A stretch of 63,242 nucleotides of DNA, filler included, from Reticulomyxa filosa (lineage: Eukaryota > Protista > Foraminifera), in NCBI GenBank assembly GCA_000512085.1. It is 18 parts of 18 records of this genome, joined end to end, with 100 filler letters (N's around TTAATTAATTAA, not from the genome) between each part and the next. Parts side by side here need not be neighbours in the genome. Positions count along the whole stretch, not along the records: positions 39,152 to 40,702 come from ASPP01022444.1; positions 40,803 to 51,226 come from ASPP01009874.1; positions 51,327 to 53,192 come from ASPP01020396.1; positions 53,293 to 54,431 come from ASPP01014141.1; 14 more parts are not named here. The stretch is one strand, 5' to 3'. The notes below the pieces were generated by a model. That model was not told where the DNA came from, made no database searches, and saw only the letters and a list, made by a program, of their open reading frames with translations. Numbering within the stretch: position 1 is the first letter of the stretch; each line of letters begins with the position of its first letter. A program made the translations under genes and the position numbers. Positions 39,152 to 53,314 of this stretch are shown here, piece by piece.

Positions 39152-40549
39152 ATCCGAGCCAACATCCGAGCCAACATCCAAGCCTACATCCGAGCCAACA
39201 TCCAAGCCTGTCTCCAACAAAGTCCCCGACTTATGTCCCGACACGTCATCCGACCAAGTCTCCTACGTACAGCCCGTCACGACGGCCTACTCGTCATCCG
39301 ACAAATGTTCCTTCACATCTTCCAAGCAGAAACCCATCAAGACGTCCAACTGTACGTCCTTCTTCGAGACCAACTCAGTCACCAATTCGGTTACCAACCA
39401 AAAAGCCTACAACGCCCCAGCCTACAACGCCCCAGCCTACTACTTCTCGACCCACCACATCACAGCCCACTACGTCTCGACCCACAACATCTCAACCTAC
39501 TACGTCTCGACCCACCACATCACAACCCGCATCTCCGTCTACGACACGCCAGCCCACCACATCGCGACCTACGAAACGACCTACGAAACGACCTACGAAA
39601 CGACCTACAACACGACAGCCGACAACATCTAATCCAACAAAGCGTCCTACTGCATTTCCAACTACCAGTTTGTTGTATCACAACGCATACAAAAACAAAC
39701 CAAAAAAAAAAAATTGTTGCATCTAAACGTTTCACGAATTATACGATAAAAAAAAAAAAAAAAAATACAAAGCAACCACATTGTCACCAACTGCTGTCGG
39801 TCAAGCCAATCAAGCGAATGGGAATTTTGGCAAAACCAAAACAACTTATATACTCGCACTTGCCGCGCTAGTGCTATCGGCAGGAGCTTGCTGTGTGTGC
39901 GCATTCCTGTACATGAGGATTCGCAAAATACAGTCCCAACAATCGGTCCCAGAGTCGCGACTTGCTGATTCTTTACACGTGCAAACACTCTATCCTGAAA
40001 AGCAAGCTGTCGACACTGCTGGTGCTGACAAGGATCACGTTACAAACGAAGCACCTGTGTCTACTGACACGGTATGTGTTTGTTTGTTTATTTGTTCTTC
40101 TGTCCTCTTTTCTTCTTTCAATAAAGCCAATTGCAAGTACATTTCATTGGTCACACTTTTTGCAGCCTCACGGTCATCACGAAGTACACGTGTCCACCAC
40201 CTTGCCGACCAAAGGCCGAACTGCTCGGAAGTCAATGAGCTCTGCTGAAGGGAGTAGCAATGACGAACTATACAGCAAGATTGCAGCCACAGAAATATCC
40301 GCACAACGCCCTGAAGGGGAGGAGCATTTGGCCGGAATAACCAAACACAAAGCAAACAAGCCTTCAAAGATACCCGAGGACGCTGAAGGTGTTGAGTTGG
40401 GAACAACGCAATTAAACGCGATTGAAGTTCTGAAAATTAATCATAGAGATGAGAATCAAGAGGAAGAAGAACAAGAAATTAGTGCTGTTCATGAAACAAC
40501 CAAACATCCCAATGATAGACGAACTTCGTTTGATGATTATAATTTGTAA
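39152..40549 (+). CDS. PT/TSEP-repeat mucin-like type I membrane protein, 5' partial
   Basis: 12-nt repeats (ACATCCGAGCCA, ACGACCTACGAA) encode TSEP/TSKP/PTT repeats; TM segment YILALAALVLSAGACCVCAFLYM followed by RIRK; acidic cytoplasmic tail. Confidence 0.75.
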
Positions 40550-40903
40550 CTTCAATACCATTTTATATTTCTTCTCGGTGAGTTTATTACATTGTAAATA
40601 TTTCATTTCTTTCTTCAACTTACTAATTTTTTTCCATTACACATAACTGGTAGTCACTTGAGTTTAAAATTTTTTTTTTTTTTTGACTTTTTTCCGTCGC
40701 TTNNNNNNNNNNNNNNNNNNNNNNNNNNNNNNNNNNNNNNNNNNNNTTAATTAATTAANNNNNNNNNNNNNNNNNNNNNNNNNNNNNNNNNNNNNNNNNN
40801 NNTTTTTTGTAAACCTCTTTTTTTTTCCAAAAAAAACACTTTAATATGAACTGCATACGTGTGTACCACGTTGGACACGCAAACTTGAATGAATAAACGA
40901 AAG

Positions 40904-42364
40904 GACAAGCGGCGAAGACAGCAGCTCGAAGAGCGAAACAAGTGGATCCTTCGCAACGTCCCAATCGCAAAGGTGCAGATGCGAAGAAGAAAAGCGGATG
41001 GATGAGCAAAATGACGAAACGATTGGGTGGTGACAACAAAGATCTAACCGAAGAGGAATTACTGTATTTGAAAGCACAACAAGAGGATGAATCGTACAAA
41101 GCGTCGGTTATGACGGCGAATCATGAACAAGGAATCTATGTTCAAATTCAGCAAAAATTTAAGCAAGAATGTCACGAAATCGAAATTGATCGAATGAATT
41201 TTTGTGTTGAACAAGTCAAAAAATTTACTGTGCAACACAAAGAAATGTTTACCAATGAGACAATCTTGGTTTGTCTTTGCAATTGTCAATTCTCTTCTCT
41301 CTTCTTTCTGTTTTTACACTTGTTATGTTTTGCAAATACACTCAGACGATACGAACTCAACTTGAAACTGCATTGGATGCCTTGAATTCCAAAGATAACT
41401 TTGAAAAATTCCTTAAACACACGTTTTGTATTTTTTTTATAATTCGTAGGTTATAAGCATCCATTGTCAACTCTCTCTCTCTCTTTATTTCCATAGCATT
41501 GAGTCCAAAGGCCCGGAAAAAAAGCCTGTTGATTTTGTCTATCAATCTGCCGACTTTCAAAATCCTTTCTATTCTCTCAAAGACGCAATGGAAGTGACTA
41601 AGGTTCTTTTCTTTCCTTTTTTTTTTTTTTAATGAGCCAAATACATTTGAACGTGTCAAATAGAAAATTGACGTAAAAGCAAATGTTCCTAGGATTATGA
41701 CTTCGTTGTGCCAAAAGGTAATTGAATTGGACGGATTACGAACAGAAGGGATTTTCAGAATATCTGCTGCAACCTCTCATTTGGATGCTCTTCGAGAAGA
41801 CGTTTTACATCTTTTTTTTTTTTTGAGACAAAAAAAATAAATAAATAAAAAGTAAATATGTATGTTGTAACAGCTCCTAAACAACGACTATTCAGTCCAA
41901 ACAAAGGATGTCCATGTACCTGCGGGCATGTTGAAAGAATGGCTTCGAGGATTGAATGATTCCCTCATACCCGGCACCCATTATAACATCTGTGTCGCCA
42001 TGGCAAAAGAAAGACAAAAACTGGACCATGAAACATTAGATGTGTTTTTATCACAATTGCCAGGTCACAACTTATCTCATATGTTCTTTAAATATTTTCT
42101 TTTGCAAACATTGCGTGTTGTGTTGAAATTGATAAAATCAATGTAGAGGAAAACCGAGAAAGTATTCGATACTTGGTATCATTCTTGAAAAAGTTTTTGA
42201 ACCCGCAATATGTGGAAGCAACCAAAATGAATTTAGAAAATATCTCCATTGTGTTTGCGCCTACCATATTGAAATGTCCAGTTGACGACCCTACCCTACT
42301 CATGCAAAACAGCAAATTTGAAAAAGATTTTGTACAGCAACTAATCACAAATTTGGCGGTGTAA
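40904..42364 (+). CDS. RhoGAP domain protein with an N-terminal coiled-coil (F-BAR-like) region, 5' partial
   Basis: VPRIMTSLCQKVIELDGLRTEGIFRISA (arginine finger), DVHVPAGMLKEWLRGL.DSLIP, TKMNLENISIVFAPTILK. Upstream YKASV..AN..Q...F...C.EIE.DR..F fits an F-BAR C-terminal pattern. Confidence 0.9.
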
Positions 42365-42954
42365 TTTCACAAACAAATTTTTTTAAATCTTGGTGCACAA
42401 AAATGAGTGGTAGAGGATGAACCATGGCAATTTTGTTTGCAAACAAATTACTTCGCTTTTTTGACATGCAAACTATAATTCCATGTATTCATTTCCCTGG
42501 TCATAAAAGAAAATCTTTTTCTAAATTTATTGAAAATATACTCAAATCTTTCTAGCCATGCACAAAATAGCAATACCTGAACAAATTAAACTTTTAAAAT
42601 TTTTCCTTTTGCTTCCTTTTGACTTTTCTCTTTTAAAAAAAATGTTTTAAAAGGATATTCTATTTTTCTGTCCTCTCTCAATTTCATACAATTATCACGT
42701 GGATATTTTAATTTAGTAACATATATTTTTAAGAGATATCGATCACTATTTTTGCTTTGCATTTTGAAGAGGTTGTCCAGAGAAGATTCTTAATTTTGTA
42801 AGGAAAATTTTTTGAGTAAATTCTCTATAACACATTAACCATCTTATGACCTATTAAATTGATTTTCTGTTGCTTATATGGGTTGGCTGGATAGCGTTTT
42901 TTAAAAGTTTGCGAACGTAAGGAAGGAGACCGTTTAATTCAAAAAAGCCGACAC

Positions 42955-45900
42955 ATGCACTCAAATCACGAACGGTTAGTGGAATATTTCATTACTGTTG
43001 GGCTAGAAGAAAATTGCGTTCTTCCAATAACTGATGACAGTTACCTCTGTGCTAACAAAGATGTTGGAAAAGCAAGCAAACAAAAAAAATACTTGTGTGA
43101 TGAAAGCGTGCGCAAATCCAATTCGAGAGCTTCGAATAATCTCAGAAAAGGAAGAACTACCAGAAGAGTTTGTACGAATTAGTACAACAGTAACAGGCAA
43201 AGATGCGCACTTAACGAAGTTTTGATTGTCAGTTGTGAAGATATGAAAGAAAGAAAGCACAATAATGACAACATGAAAAAAAAAAAAATATATCAACATA
43301 CCAAAAAAATAAATAATAACACATAAGGAAAGGATTGGTAAACCCGGTGAAATATTATTTATGTTATGCACGTGGGAGTGTATTAAGCAACAACAGCAAA
43401 GTGTTAAATCGAATAGGATTTGTACCTCTAAAAAAAGTGAATAAAAAAGAATGGACAATTGTCGAAGAAACAATATCACATAAACAAACGGACTATTGTT
43501 TAGTGGTCAAACATGACTGTAATTTGCCGCCCATTGCGGATATATGTCTACTCTCTATTGAGGCACAAGACAAGTGTCCAGACAAATTTATGCCATTGCC
43601 AATCTCCATTAATGGCCTCACTCTGTGTTTTCGTCCAGGTTTGTGTTTTCTTTGCATGTCAGACACATAACGCAAAGACTTTTCCAACGACATACACAAA
43701 GTACCCGGAAGTGCGTTAGGACTGAGATACCAAACGTGCATATTGGATCGGTATCCACTTCAAGACTACACCGAAAATCCTCTGAGTAACACCGTGGCCG
43801 TGGTACGTCCTTCATTTTTATCTTTCCATTTTGAATACGAGCATGCGTGCACGCACAACAATTCCACTGTTGTGTGTCTTTGCATTGAACCAGTTTTGTC
43901 AGCCCGAAGGAGCCGAAATACTGATTGACAATTGTCCATTGCCCACGTTTTTGTCGTTTGTGTTGACAGACGCAGAGGGTTAGATGTCCACAGTTGTTTG
44001 TGTTGTCATTCGACAATAATGCAACTTTTGCAGAATCGAAAGGGGGGATGTGTTGTTTGACAGGCGAAAAAATGTTCGCAGTGACAGTGACATTCTACGA
44101 AGAGATGGAGGAAGCAATGGTCGAAATGGCAAAGAAGTCAGTGAATAATATGTTCTCAGGATCATGGAAACCTTCATGGCCGGACAAAGCCAAAAAATTT
44201 TACTACAGTAAATCCGTGTGTATTCTCTCGTATTATCCATTTTTTCGGAGATTTCGCGAATGTTTAAAAGAAATCTATCGCGTTGCATGTTCTCCAGGAA
44301 ATACACCAATTGAGGTTCTACCAAACCTTTTCCTGCTTGTCTATTTCTCTCATTTGATCAATTCAACAACAATCTTCTGTCTGTGTGTTATGTGACACAG
44401 AGGTTCATTGTTCATTTGTGCAAAGAGATACCACTGCCATTGCCGGCCATTCGAGCCGTTGTCGCTCAATATGCTCACACGCCAATTGTCTTCAAAAGGC
44501 CAGGCCCCACCGAATTCCCATTGTTGGATGTGGACTTGGAGAGAATCTTTGGGTGTCTGTCCTTAGACAATGTCATACTTGTGTTTCGTGCTCTTTTAAC
44601 CCAAGCCTACAAAATTGTATTGACTTCTAATTATGTCTCCGTTATCACCGAAATTAGTGAAGGTCTTATCTCATTTTTAGTTCCATTTGAATGGCAGTTT
44701 ACATGTTAGGTTCTGTCTTTCTTCTTCTTCTTTACCATTCCACCAAAAGTGATCCCCTTTTTTTTTTTCTTCGGTCTATAGACATCCCCGTCCTACCTTA
44801 TGCTGTATTCGAGATTTTAGAGGCGCCTGTACCTGTCCTTTGTGGAATGTCCTTGTCGAGAATTCGACCTGAATTCTTCTCTGCAGAGGTAATTCGATGC
44901 ATATTGTATATTTACATATGTAGTGTATATCTTTTTGGCCAATCCAAAAAAAAAAAAAAATAGTACACAGCGAGAAACGATAATAGTGGATTTAGACAAT
45001 AACAAGATCCATATTCCAGATTCGATCTATTTAATCGAACTACCAAATATCTTGGAAAAACAATTGAAAACGCAACTGATCCAAGAAGCACATGTAAATG
45101 TAGTGGAGAGATATACTTCATTGACATTGCAAACACTGGACGCAGCATTTGTTGCACAAGATACTTTGGTTAACAATATCTGGGAAAAAAAAACAGATAA
45201 TCAAATGGGTTTTTAAAACAACATGTGCGACACAGAAAGAAGAAAAAGCTGTTCGATTTGATGCATTTGCTTGTCGTGTCGCATTTTGGAATTTTTTTGT
45301 GACGGCAATGGGATCTGATTATCTGAAACATTTGATCTATCCTGATGACTCGTCTCCAATTCATGAAATTACAGATATGATACGATTGGACGATTTTTTA
45401 AAATATCGTCCAAAACCATTTCGTTCATTTTGGGAAGCTTTTTCAAAAACCCAAGCCTTTGAACGTTTTGTCGAAAATCTTACTTTTGGCTCTTCATCAC
45501 CAGACTCGCGAAAATATCAACTTCAATGGTTCTATCAGTTTCGTTCATTCCAATTCATATATCATCACCATATTCTTGCTTTGTATGCTCAACTAGCTGA
45601 CACATACACACCACTGTGGTGCGTTTTTCCCCTTTTTTTATTTTTTATTTTTAAAGAAAAGACGTTGTTATTATGTGATGTGCCGCCATGTGTGAAATGC
45701 AGATGTTGCGCACATATATCCAGCGATGTGCAAGATTCGCTCAACTCCACAGTTTTGTTTGGGAATCATAAATAGACAAATAAATAAATGAATGAACGAA
45801 AAAAATAAAAACTAAAAAAAAATAAAAAATAAAAAATAAAAAATTGAAATAACAGAAAAAAAAAAGATCCCATTTGAATAATGGATTTCAAGACTGGTGT

Positions 45901-48353
45901 TGGAAGCAACAAATCACAAAACTCCCCAAATACATAGTTCCTGCAGTAAACACTGCCGATATTCCAGACGACTATAGCTTTGAGCCTTCGGGAGTATTTC
46001 CAATGTTTGTCCCCAGTTTGTTCAGTGAGCCTCGCCATGATGAAGAAAACGAAAAGGAGGACCAAAAACAAATGAAAGCGGCGGAGATCGCAGATGAGGT
46101 TTGTCCATATCCAAACTACAAATACACAGAGAAAAGAGAAAAGGAAAAAAAAAAAAGATCAAAGAATTGAAATGTAAAGTACTCATTGAAATGGGATTGA
46201 TGAAATAGACACCTTCCTCTTCAAATAATAATCCCTATGGAGGTCGTGGATTGGTTTCCAATGCGAAATCCAAATCAATTGACGAAAAGACAAAATATGA
46301 TTTACTGCAAATCTATGGCTGTTGGTTTGCTACACGAGTGGCATCATTAGATTACGCCTCAGATATAGAGTTGACGTCCAAAGCGGCAGAAAAAACAGCG
46401 AGGGCCATTTTAGACGTGTTATATCGTATGAGTGATTCCAAAATTAGCCACGACGTGCCATTGAAACCAGACGAATTGATTTATAAGTCTGGTTTGATTT
46501 TGTGTGGCAAATTGAAGCGTCCGAATGTTATGTCCGTGATTTGCATGTTTGTGCGTATGCATCTCATTATATATAGGAATGTCTTGTATTCTTTTTTTTT
46601 TTGTCTGTGTTTAGGAAGCCAAAAAAATTTTCAAAGAATTGAAAAAACAAGGAATTCAGCCCTCTCAATCAACCTATGGGGCTTACACAAATGCGATGGC
46701 CAGCAGCGGAACTTCCAGTATGCTGCAATCAGGACTATCAAGTGGCTCCGGACGCGGCTCTTTGGAAGCACACACAGGACGCAACTCCCTGGACCTGCAT
46801 CCAGCCACTGTGGCGGACATATCCGCGAAACATCAAAAACAATCTTCTCGCAGTCGTTCTGCCATAGTAGCAAAAACAATCAAACATCAAGAAACTTCAC
46901 CCAAGTTATTCAACACAATCAATGAATCGCAAGAAATTGATCCATCCAAAAGAATGACAACAGTTGACATTTGCCTTTCTTTTTTTTTATGTGTTCGGTT
47001 CATTGTACATTGCATATTCGCACTCACACATGTAATGGAATCATGTTTGTGTATCTCCTGCCTTTCAGCCAGAGTTGTCAACGAAGCTGAACACATCTTC
47101 AATTGCATCGCATGACGAGGACGGCACAGAAGTGAAGATGATTGAAAGCGGCAACGACTACGTGTCGAAAGCAACCGAAAGATTAAATCGAGCGAGTTCA
47201 AAGGAACACCAAGCATTGGAAGAAAAAGAAGAAGAGAAAGTACAATCTACTTCATCAATGAAGAAACAAACGAGAAGTGCAGAGAATGGGTCAAGAGACG
47301 AAACAAAGAATATAAGCGAGCCCAAAAAAGAGCAGACGCAGCAAACTGCTATTTTAATAGATTACAGTACGATCCAAATGGACACTCGACAACAGTGCAA
47401 ATGTGGATATATGTTATCTGACGCGGAAGTGTTGGCAAACTGGCCTGAAGAATTTTTGTCCATGACTATCAATTGCAGTGCTTGCAATTTGAATTCTTTT
47501 GTTCCAAAAATTCGAGTTCGATGTATTGCTACTGAAATGTCTCTTCAAAAACAAATTTATCAACAAATCACTCTTGACTTTAAGGTGACTTATTTGTCAC
47601 CTTCTTATCTTAGACGATCGATGGAAACTATTGTCAGCAAAAATCGTCAACGCTTAGAAGACGGTGAAAATCTGAGGAAACATCATCCTGATCAATATTG
47701 GAATCTTTTGTGGTACTTTTTCCAACGAAAACTAGATTTGAATTGGCTTTTGGAGGATCTCGATTCAAAAAATCTTCAAATTGTACCTATTATCGACACT
47801 GATTCCACCAAATTTCCAACTGACAATGAGGTATGCTTTGCTGTACTTTCACAAAATAACCAAATGTTATGCACATTTTCAATGAACGTGTGTGTCTTCT
47901 CTATGGCGGTGGGGAAAAAAAGGATCTCGATAAGCAAATGCAGGTCATCCTCGGACATCTCAAAACAAAAATTTAAAATTGGCAATGATGCAGTGGCTAA
48001 AGAATAGAGAGAACACCTCAAAAATGGAGCGAGGATATTCGGTATGGGATGTATCGTTACGTGATGCTTTTTTCAACTTAGGTGTTCCCGTGTTGTTTGA
48101 AAGATATGAAGACTATATAAGTGAATTTCGAAAAGTTTGCGCTATCATACAACCAGTTCATTTTCTTTATTTTTTTATCCACATCTAGCAGCAAACAATT
48201 TGTTTTTCATTTGTCGTGTGTAAAAAGGTTATGGGCGATTGCCCTCCAGAAAAAAAAGCAGTTAAATACGAACTCTTTTTCGGTCATGTGCGACCTTTAT
48301 ATCCAAGAATACAACAGTTTCAAATTCAATCAACTACTGCCAGTCACTCCTAA
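42955..48353 (+). CDS. DENND4: DENND4-like Rab GEF (MABP + uDENN/DENN/dDENN + PPR-like + C-terminal Cys domain), ~15 exons
   Basis: RLVEYFITVGL; MABP PIRELRII..EELPEEF.RI.TT.TG.DA.L and YLCYARG; LDRYPLQDY; SKSVCILSYYPFF..FRECL; KTQAFERFV; PDELIYK..LILCG..QGIQP...TYGAY; C.CG..LSD.EVLA.W..C..C; YLSP..LR; HP..YWNLLWYF. Confidence 0.9.
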
Positions 48354-50689
48354 TTCCCAATATTTGCGAATACTGATTACAGAAAACATTTCTTTTATTT
48401 TGTTTGTTTGTGTATGTGATACTTCCTATTAATTATTTTTATCAACCGTTGTTCACTGTAGAAGTGTGATGTTTGGTCAATGAAATTCTTTAACCTAAAT
48501 GGCTTTGTCACTGGACCTTTTGACAATTTTTGTGTGTGTTGTGTCAAAACCTATTCAATGTTTTTTCTTATTGTCATCCTGGGACAACTCACGAAAATAC
48601 TTTGGACACTTCAATATTGTTGAGTTCAGAATTTGTTTTTGTATGTTAATGTTCATTTTGTGGTTATTAACTTTTCTGAACGTCGGTGATCAAAATATTG
48701 GTAATCCAAAAAGTAAAAATTCGGTTCAGAGGCACGAGCATGTCTTAAGATTTCATTGTGCATTGCACATTTGACTTCTTTCATAAAGACAAATCCTCAA
48801 GCACAAAACGCTCGCTGTCGAACAAATATAGAATTAAAATTTATAACATTTCCTAACAGATAACGAGTTGCACCTGACAATCTATATGGCGATTTAATTT
48901 TTAAAATGCCCATTTGAATGAATAACAAGGGATTTTTCCATGGTCAGTACAACAATGACTGTTGTATTTAATAATATTAAATGTTCTTGAACATTCTTTG
49001 TGTAACATATTTGAACTATTCGATTATAACGAAATTTCTTTTTACAATGTTGTTTAATTGGCGTTCTTCTTTCACTTTAAAAGTAGTTTCATCAATTTAT
49101 CAAAAGTATTTGTTTTAAATATTCACTATGATTTAAACAATAAAAAAAATATTTTATTGTAATTTAAGTCAGTATTTCTTTGTTTAGATTCGATTTTAGA
49201 GTCTTTAGCATAACTTGATTACTATGTGATGTACTGACTTTGACTTGCACAAAATGTAATACGAAAGTATAACTTATTGAGTGAGTTTTCAACAAAAAAC
49301 AAGTAAATTAAATCAATAAAAAGAGAACATACAACAACAAAATAAGGAAAGGAAGAAGTAACTTGTGTAAGGAAAAAGGGAAATTCAAGGTTCGCTCGGT
49401 GTAAGTTTAAATTGAAACATTTACAACTATCATGACGTCAACAGATGAGATAAGTTTTTCATATTTCTTTTTTTTATCTGCACTACAAAACAAATATTAA
49501 GTGGTGCTGAACAATATAAAACGAGAAATTGTGCGTGAATGTAAATGTCAAAACTAATGTAGGCGACAATGCCAAACAAACGGCCAAGTCATATTCGGTA
49601 GTGAAATACATTGGTAAAAAACGTAAATTAAAAGACTAGTTTGATACGAAATTTGAATCTAAACAAGTATGTGTTGACTATGAAACAATTGGGGATAAAT
49701 TGGGGATAAATATTAGTATAATTATTTATAGCAAAAGTTAATATTAATAATGAAGTATGTTAAAATGTTTTTTTTAATTATACAAATAATCATTTAATAA
49801 AACTTTGACAGTAATCAATAGACAAATGATCTTGCGTTCACTAAATGTTAGTGAATGCAATACAATTATCTCTTACGAATGTCTGCTGCATTATTTTAAA
49901 ATGCTGATTCATGCTCGAGACTTGGATAAACGATTGTCTTGTATAATAGATTATGCTTGGTCTAACACATTTGTAAAAAAAAATAAAAATAAACCTAAAT
50001 ATATCATCGATATCAGATTTGTTGACTGAAATTGTTTGTTGGAAGGGATCAATGTTTATCCGGCTTCAATATATGCTTAGATTTGAAAATTTTTTGGAGA
50101 AATTAGGTATAGCATAAGTCTGTTCGCAAAATGATTGCAGAGTCGAAAGAAGGCCTTATCAAAAAGAAAACAATAAATCTCCGATTGACCAGGTCACATT
50201 GAAAAATGTGTTTCGCTCAAGTCAATTGCTTGCTCAAGGGACCAACAATTGTATTCACACCAGTGGATTGAAAGACATCACGATCCAAGACATCTGTATT
50301 GAAATTATTCGGCGATGACAAGAAGGTGATGGTAAATGTACATACATTCTCGCAGCATTGCGAACACTGTATGGGGCTTCAATTATCAACAGGTGGACAA
50401 AAAACTCATTGAAGAGCATTGCCGAGAGATGCACCATGAACCAGAAAACAAGGACAAGTTACTATTTACACGAAAAAGAGATAGAATTGCATTTGGATCA
50501 GTTGCAGTCGATTACATTCAAGATAAAGAACAAGAGGAAATATCCAAGGACGAAACTCCAGCTCAATGGAGAGACAGACAATGTCAAGTATTTGGGTCTA
50601 TCCAAAGAATTGAGATTTGCAAGATCATTGGGGTGATGAATTCGACAGTATACAATACCGTGAATGATATCACAGTTGACTCCATTGGA

Positions 50690-50880
50690 ACTAAGAATGT
50701 AATCAAAATAATCAATAATTATTAGATGTTGCTGTGGAACCTTGGACTAATTGTGTGATACAATCAGCAAAGCAAAGTATTGGAACAAGGATAATTTGGA
50801 AGGAAAATAAATCTTGGTGGAGTTATTCTCTTCACAGAAAAAGGAAGTATGTCCATCTATTGAAAAGAAAGTACTCTTCC
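50690..50880 (+). mobile_element. Decayed LINE ORF2 fragment (endonuclease-RT linker)
   Basis: AVEPWTNCVIQSAKQSIGTRIIWKENKSWWSYSLHRKRKYVHLLKRKY matches the A....I......KPWW...L..L.K pattern of LINE ORF2; surrounding frames are broken. Confidence 0.6.
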
Positions 50881-51326
50881 TTCAATGATTCGATACTTTT
50901 AATCAAATATTATGTTTCTCCTGTCCCAATTTTCTTTTTAATTGTATTACTGCCCGTTTGCGTCTCTTGTAGTTTACTTTAGTTTTGTTTTTTCTAAACA
51001 TAAGGAAATTATGTTCTCAATTCAAGTCACAAAGTTTCAATAATTCCAAAATGAGTTGTTATCCATTTTGGAGTGACAATAAAAAAATTTTAAGTTTGAG
51101 ATTTATTTGTTTTTTTTGATATTTTAAAGATTAAATTAAAAGGTTATACGGCGAAATCAATCAACGGTTGCGAAAACAAATTTGGCTATTCCCTGTGTAA
51201 TGATCAGGGGGATTACAGGAGCAATGNNNNNNNNNNNNNNNNNNNNNNNNNNNNNNNNNNNNNNNNNNNNTTAATTAATTAANNNNNNNNNNNNNNNNNN
51301 NNNNNNNNNNNNNNNNNNNNNNNNNN

Positions 51327-52298
51327 TGTGTGTATAGTAGTAGAGAGTAAAAAAAAAGAAACGCATGCACGCATAAACATGAAATCGACACAAACCAAAT
51401 AAACAAACAAACAAACGCAAGCAAGTAAACCTTCCAGCTGCAGTAGCAATTAAATTGTGAGCATGATTTTCGGAGAGACGATCCATTTGACTGCAGACAG
51501 AGATATTTTTGCAGTTTTTGATCAGCTCGATACAACCAAAGTCGAGTCCCATGGGGACACAACGATAGGTGAAGGCCTTGACCACGTAGTGGAAATACCG
51601 CAGGTCATGACTGTCCCATATCCAATTCATAAAGCGCAGCACATTCATCACTGCCGCGTCTCGGCGCAAATCGTCCCCTTTTTTGAATATTATCGTTGAG
51701 CTACGCAGTGTTTCGGACTTGCCAAATAATGGATGTATCTTCCGACTGTCTTTTCTTACAAAGCAGTCAATTGCCATTGGTCGATTGTTCGACTTGAAAA
51801 TATTGCGAACTGATTTTTATGTAAATAAATAAGTGAATATTTATTTATTTAATTTGTATTTGTATTTGTATTTATATTTATGTATTTGTATTTATGTATT
51901 TACATATTGATACATACATAAAACAAAAGAATATAATTTTTTTTTTTCCTTATTTCTCTCTCTCTCAAACACACGTATACATTTAAAAAAAAAAAAAAAA
52001 AAACCTTTTAAATTTTTCCAAAGGTGGCACATGACACTGAATGGGGTCGCACAAAATGAGCGCTTTTTTTTTGTGCGCTTGCGTTTGTCACGGAGCAAAT
52101 GTTTGACAGAGGGATCGGACTTGCGTGTGTGTATACCCGCAGGTGGCGTCGTGCTTTGTTCCAACACCAACGTCGGGTCAGCTGCGGCCTTATGTTGTTT
52201 TTTTTGGAAGGCGACTGTCCTCGCCGACTCGAATGCGACGACGTACCAATGCAGCCACTGCTTTCCTCGTCCAGAGTTATTGTTGTTGTTGTTGTTGG

Positions 52299-52334
<36 letters not shown>

Positions 52335-53130
52335 AATGGTCGATGCCGATGACGATGTTGTCGTCAAGTTGTTGGCATTGCACTTGCATCGCTCCAGCAA
52401 CAATGGCTTCACGTCGATCCACTCATCGACTTGGCACTCGTAGATCATCTCAAAGAAATCGCTGCAGTGGAACTGGATAATGTCTACGAACAAGTCTCGA
52501 TCCAACGCGTTTTTGAATAGCAACATCAGCTCTGTCGATTGGTAGCACCGTAAGAAATACTCCAAGCCCTGCTGTAGTTCCGCATGTTTCTCAATTCGAT
52601 CACAAAGCATCGTCAACAATAAACTCTCATTGTTGGCGCGTTTCTCTCGCATTATATACATCACCAAGGAACCTTACCCACATTTTTTTTTTTTTACAAT
52701 AGCAACAAAACAATAAATATACGTTCATAGAACATGCACACATATAATAAAATACATATAATAAAATACATATAATAAGATATATATAATAATAAATACA
52801 TAAACAAATAAAATATGTGTATATTTATTTGTTTAAATATTGATTACCATAAAGTCACACAGTTGGGTGATGTCACAACTGTGCAGACATTGGAACAAGT
52901 CTTTTTCATAAAATGCTTTCATCATCGACTTTTCCCACTTTTGTATTTCGTACACTGTTTTGTTGCTGACTTTCCACTCTGCCACGAGGTCAAGTCCGTG
53001 CTTGGTCCCCTCGGCTATTTCCAAAGACTGTGGACGTGCGGCCTCGGCTTCGTCATACTCGCTAATGCAGCTGTAAATTTCCCAGTTCTCGGCCTTTTCG
53101 ACGTATCCCTTCTCAACCTCGTCACTGTGT
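51327..53130 (-). CDS. Phosphatidylinositol 3/4-kinase family protein, internal fragment
   Basis: IFKSNNRPMAI, IIFKKGDDLRRDAAVMNVLRFMNWIW, TYRCVPMGLDFGCIELI, LIATAAG form the catalytic N-lobe; upstream helical exons. Confidence 0.85.
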
Positions 53131-53314
53131 TTCTGTTTGTTTGTTTTCGTATTGACATCATTATTATTATCATCATTGTTATTATCATCATTNNNNNNNN
53201 NNNNNNNNNNNNNNNNNNNNNNNNNNNNNNNNNNNNTTAATTAATTAANNNNNNNNNNNNNNNNNNNNNNNNNNNNNNNNNNNNNNNNNNNNAAAAAATT
53301 GACAGGGCGACGAG

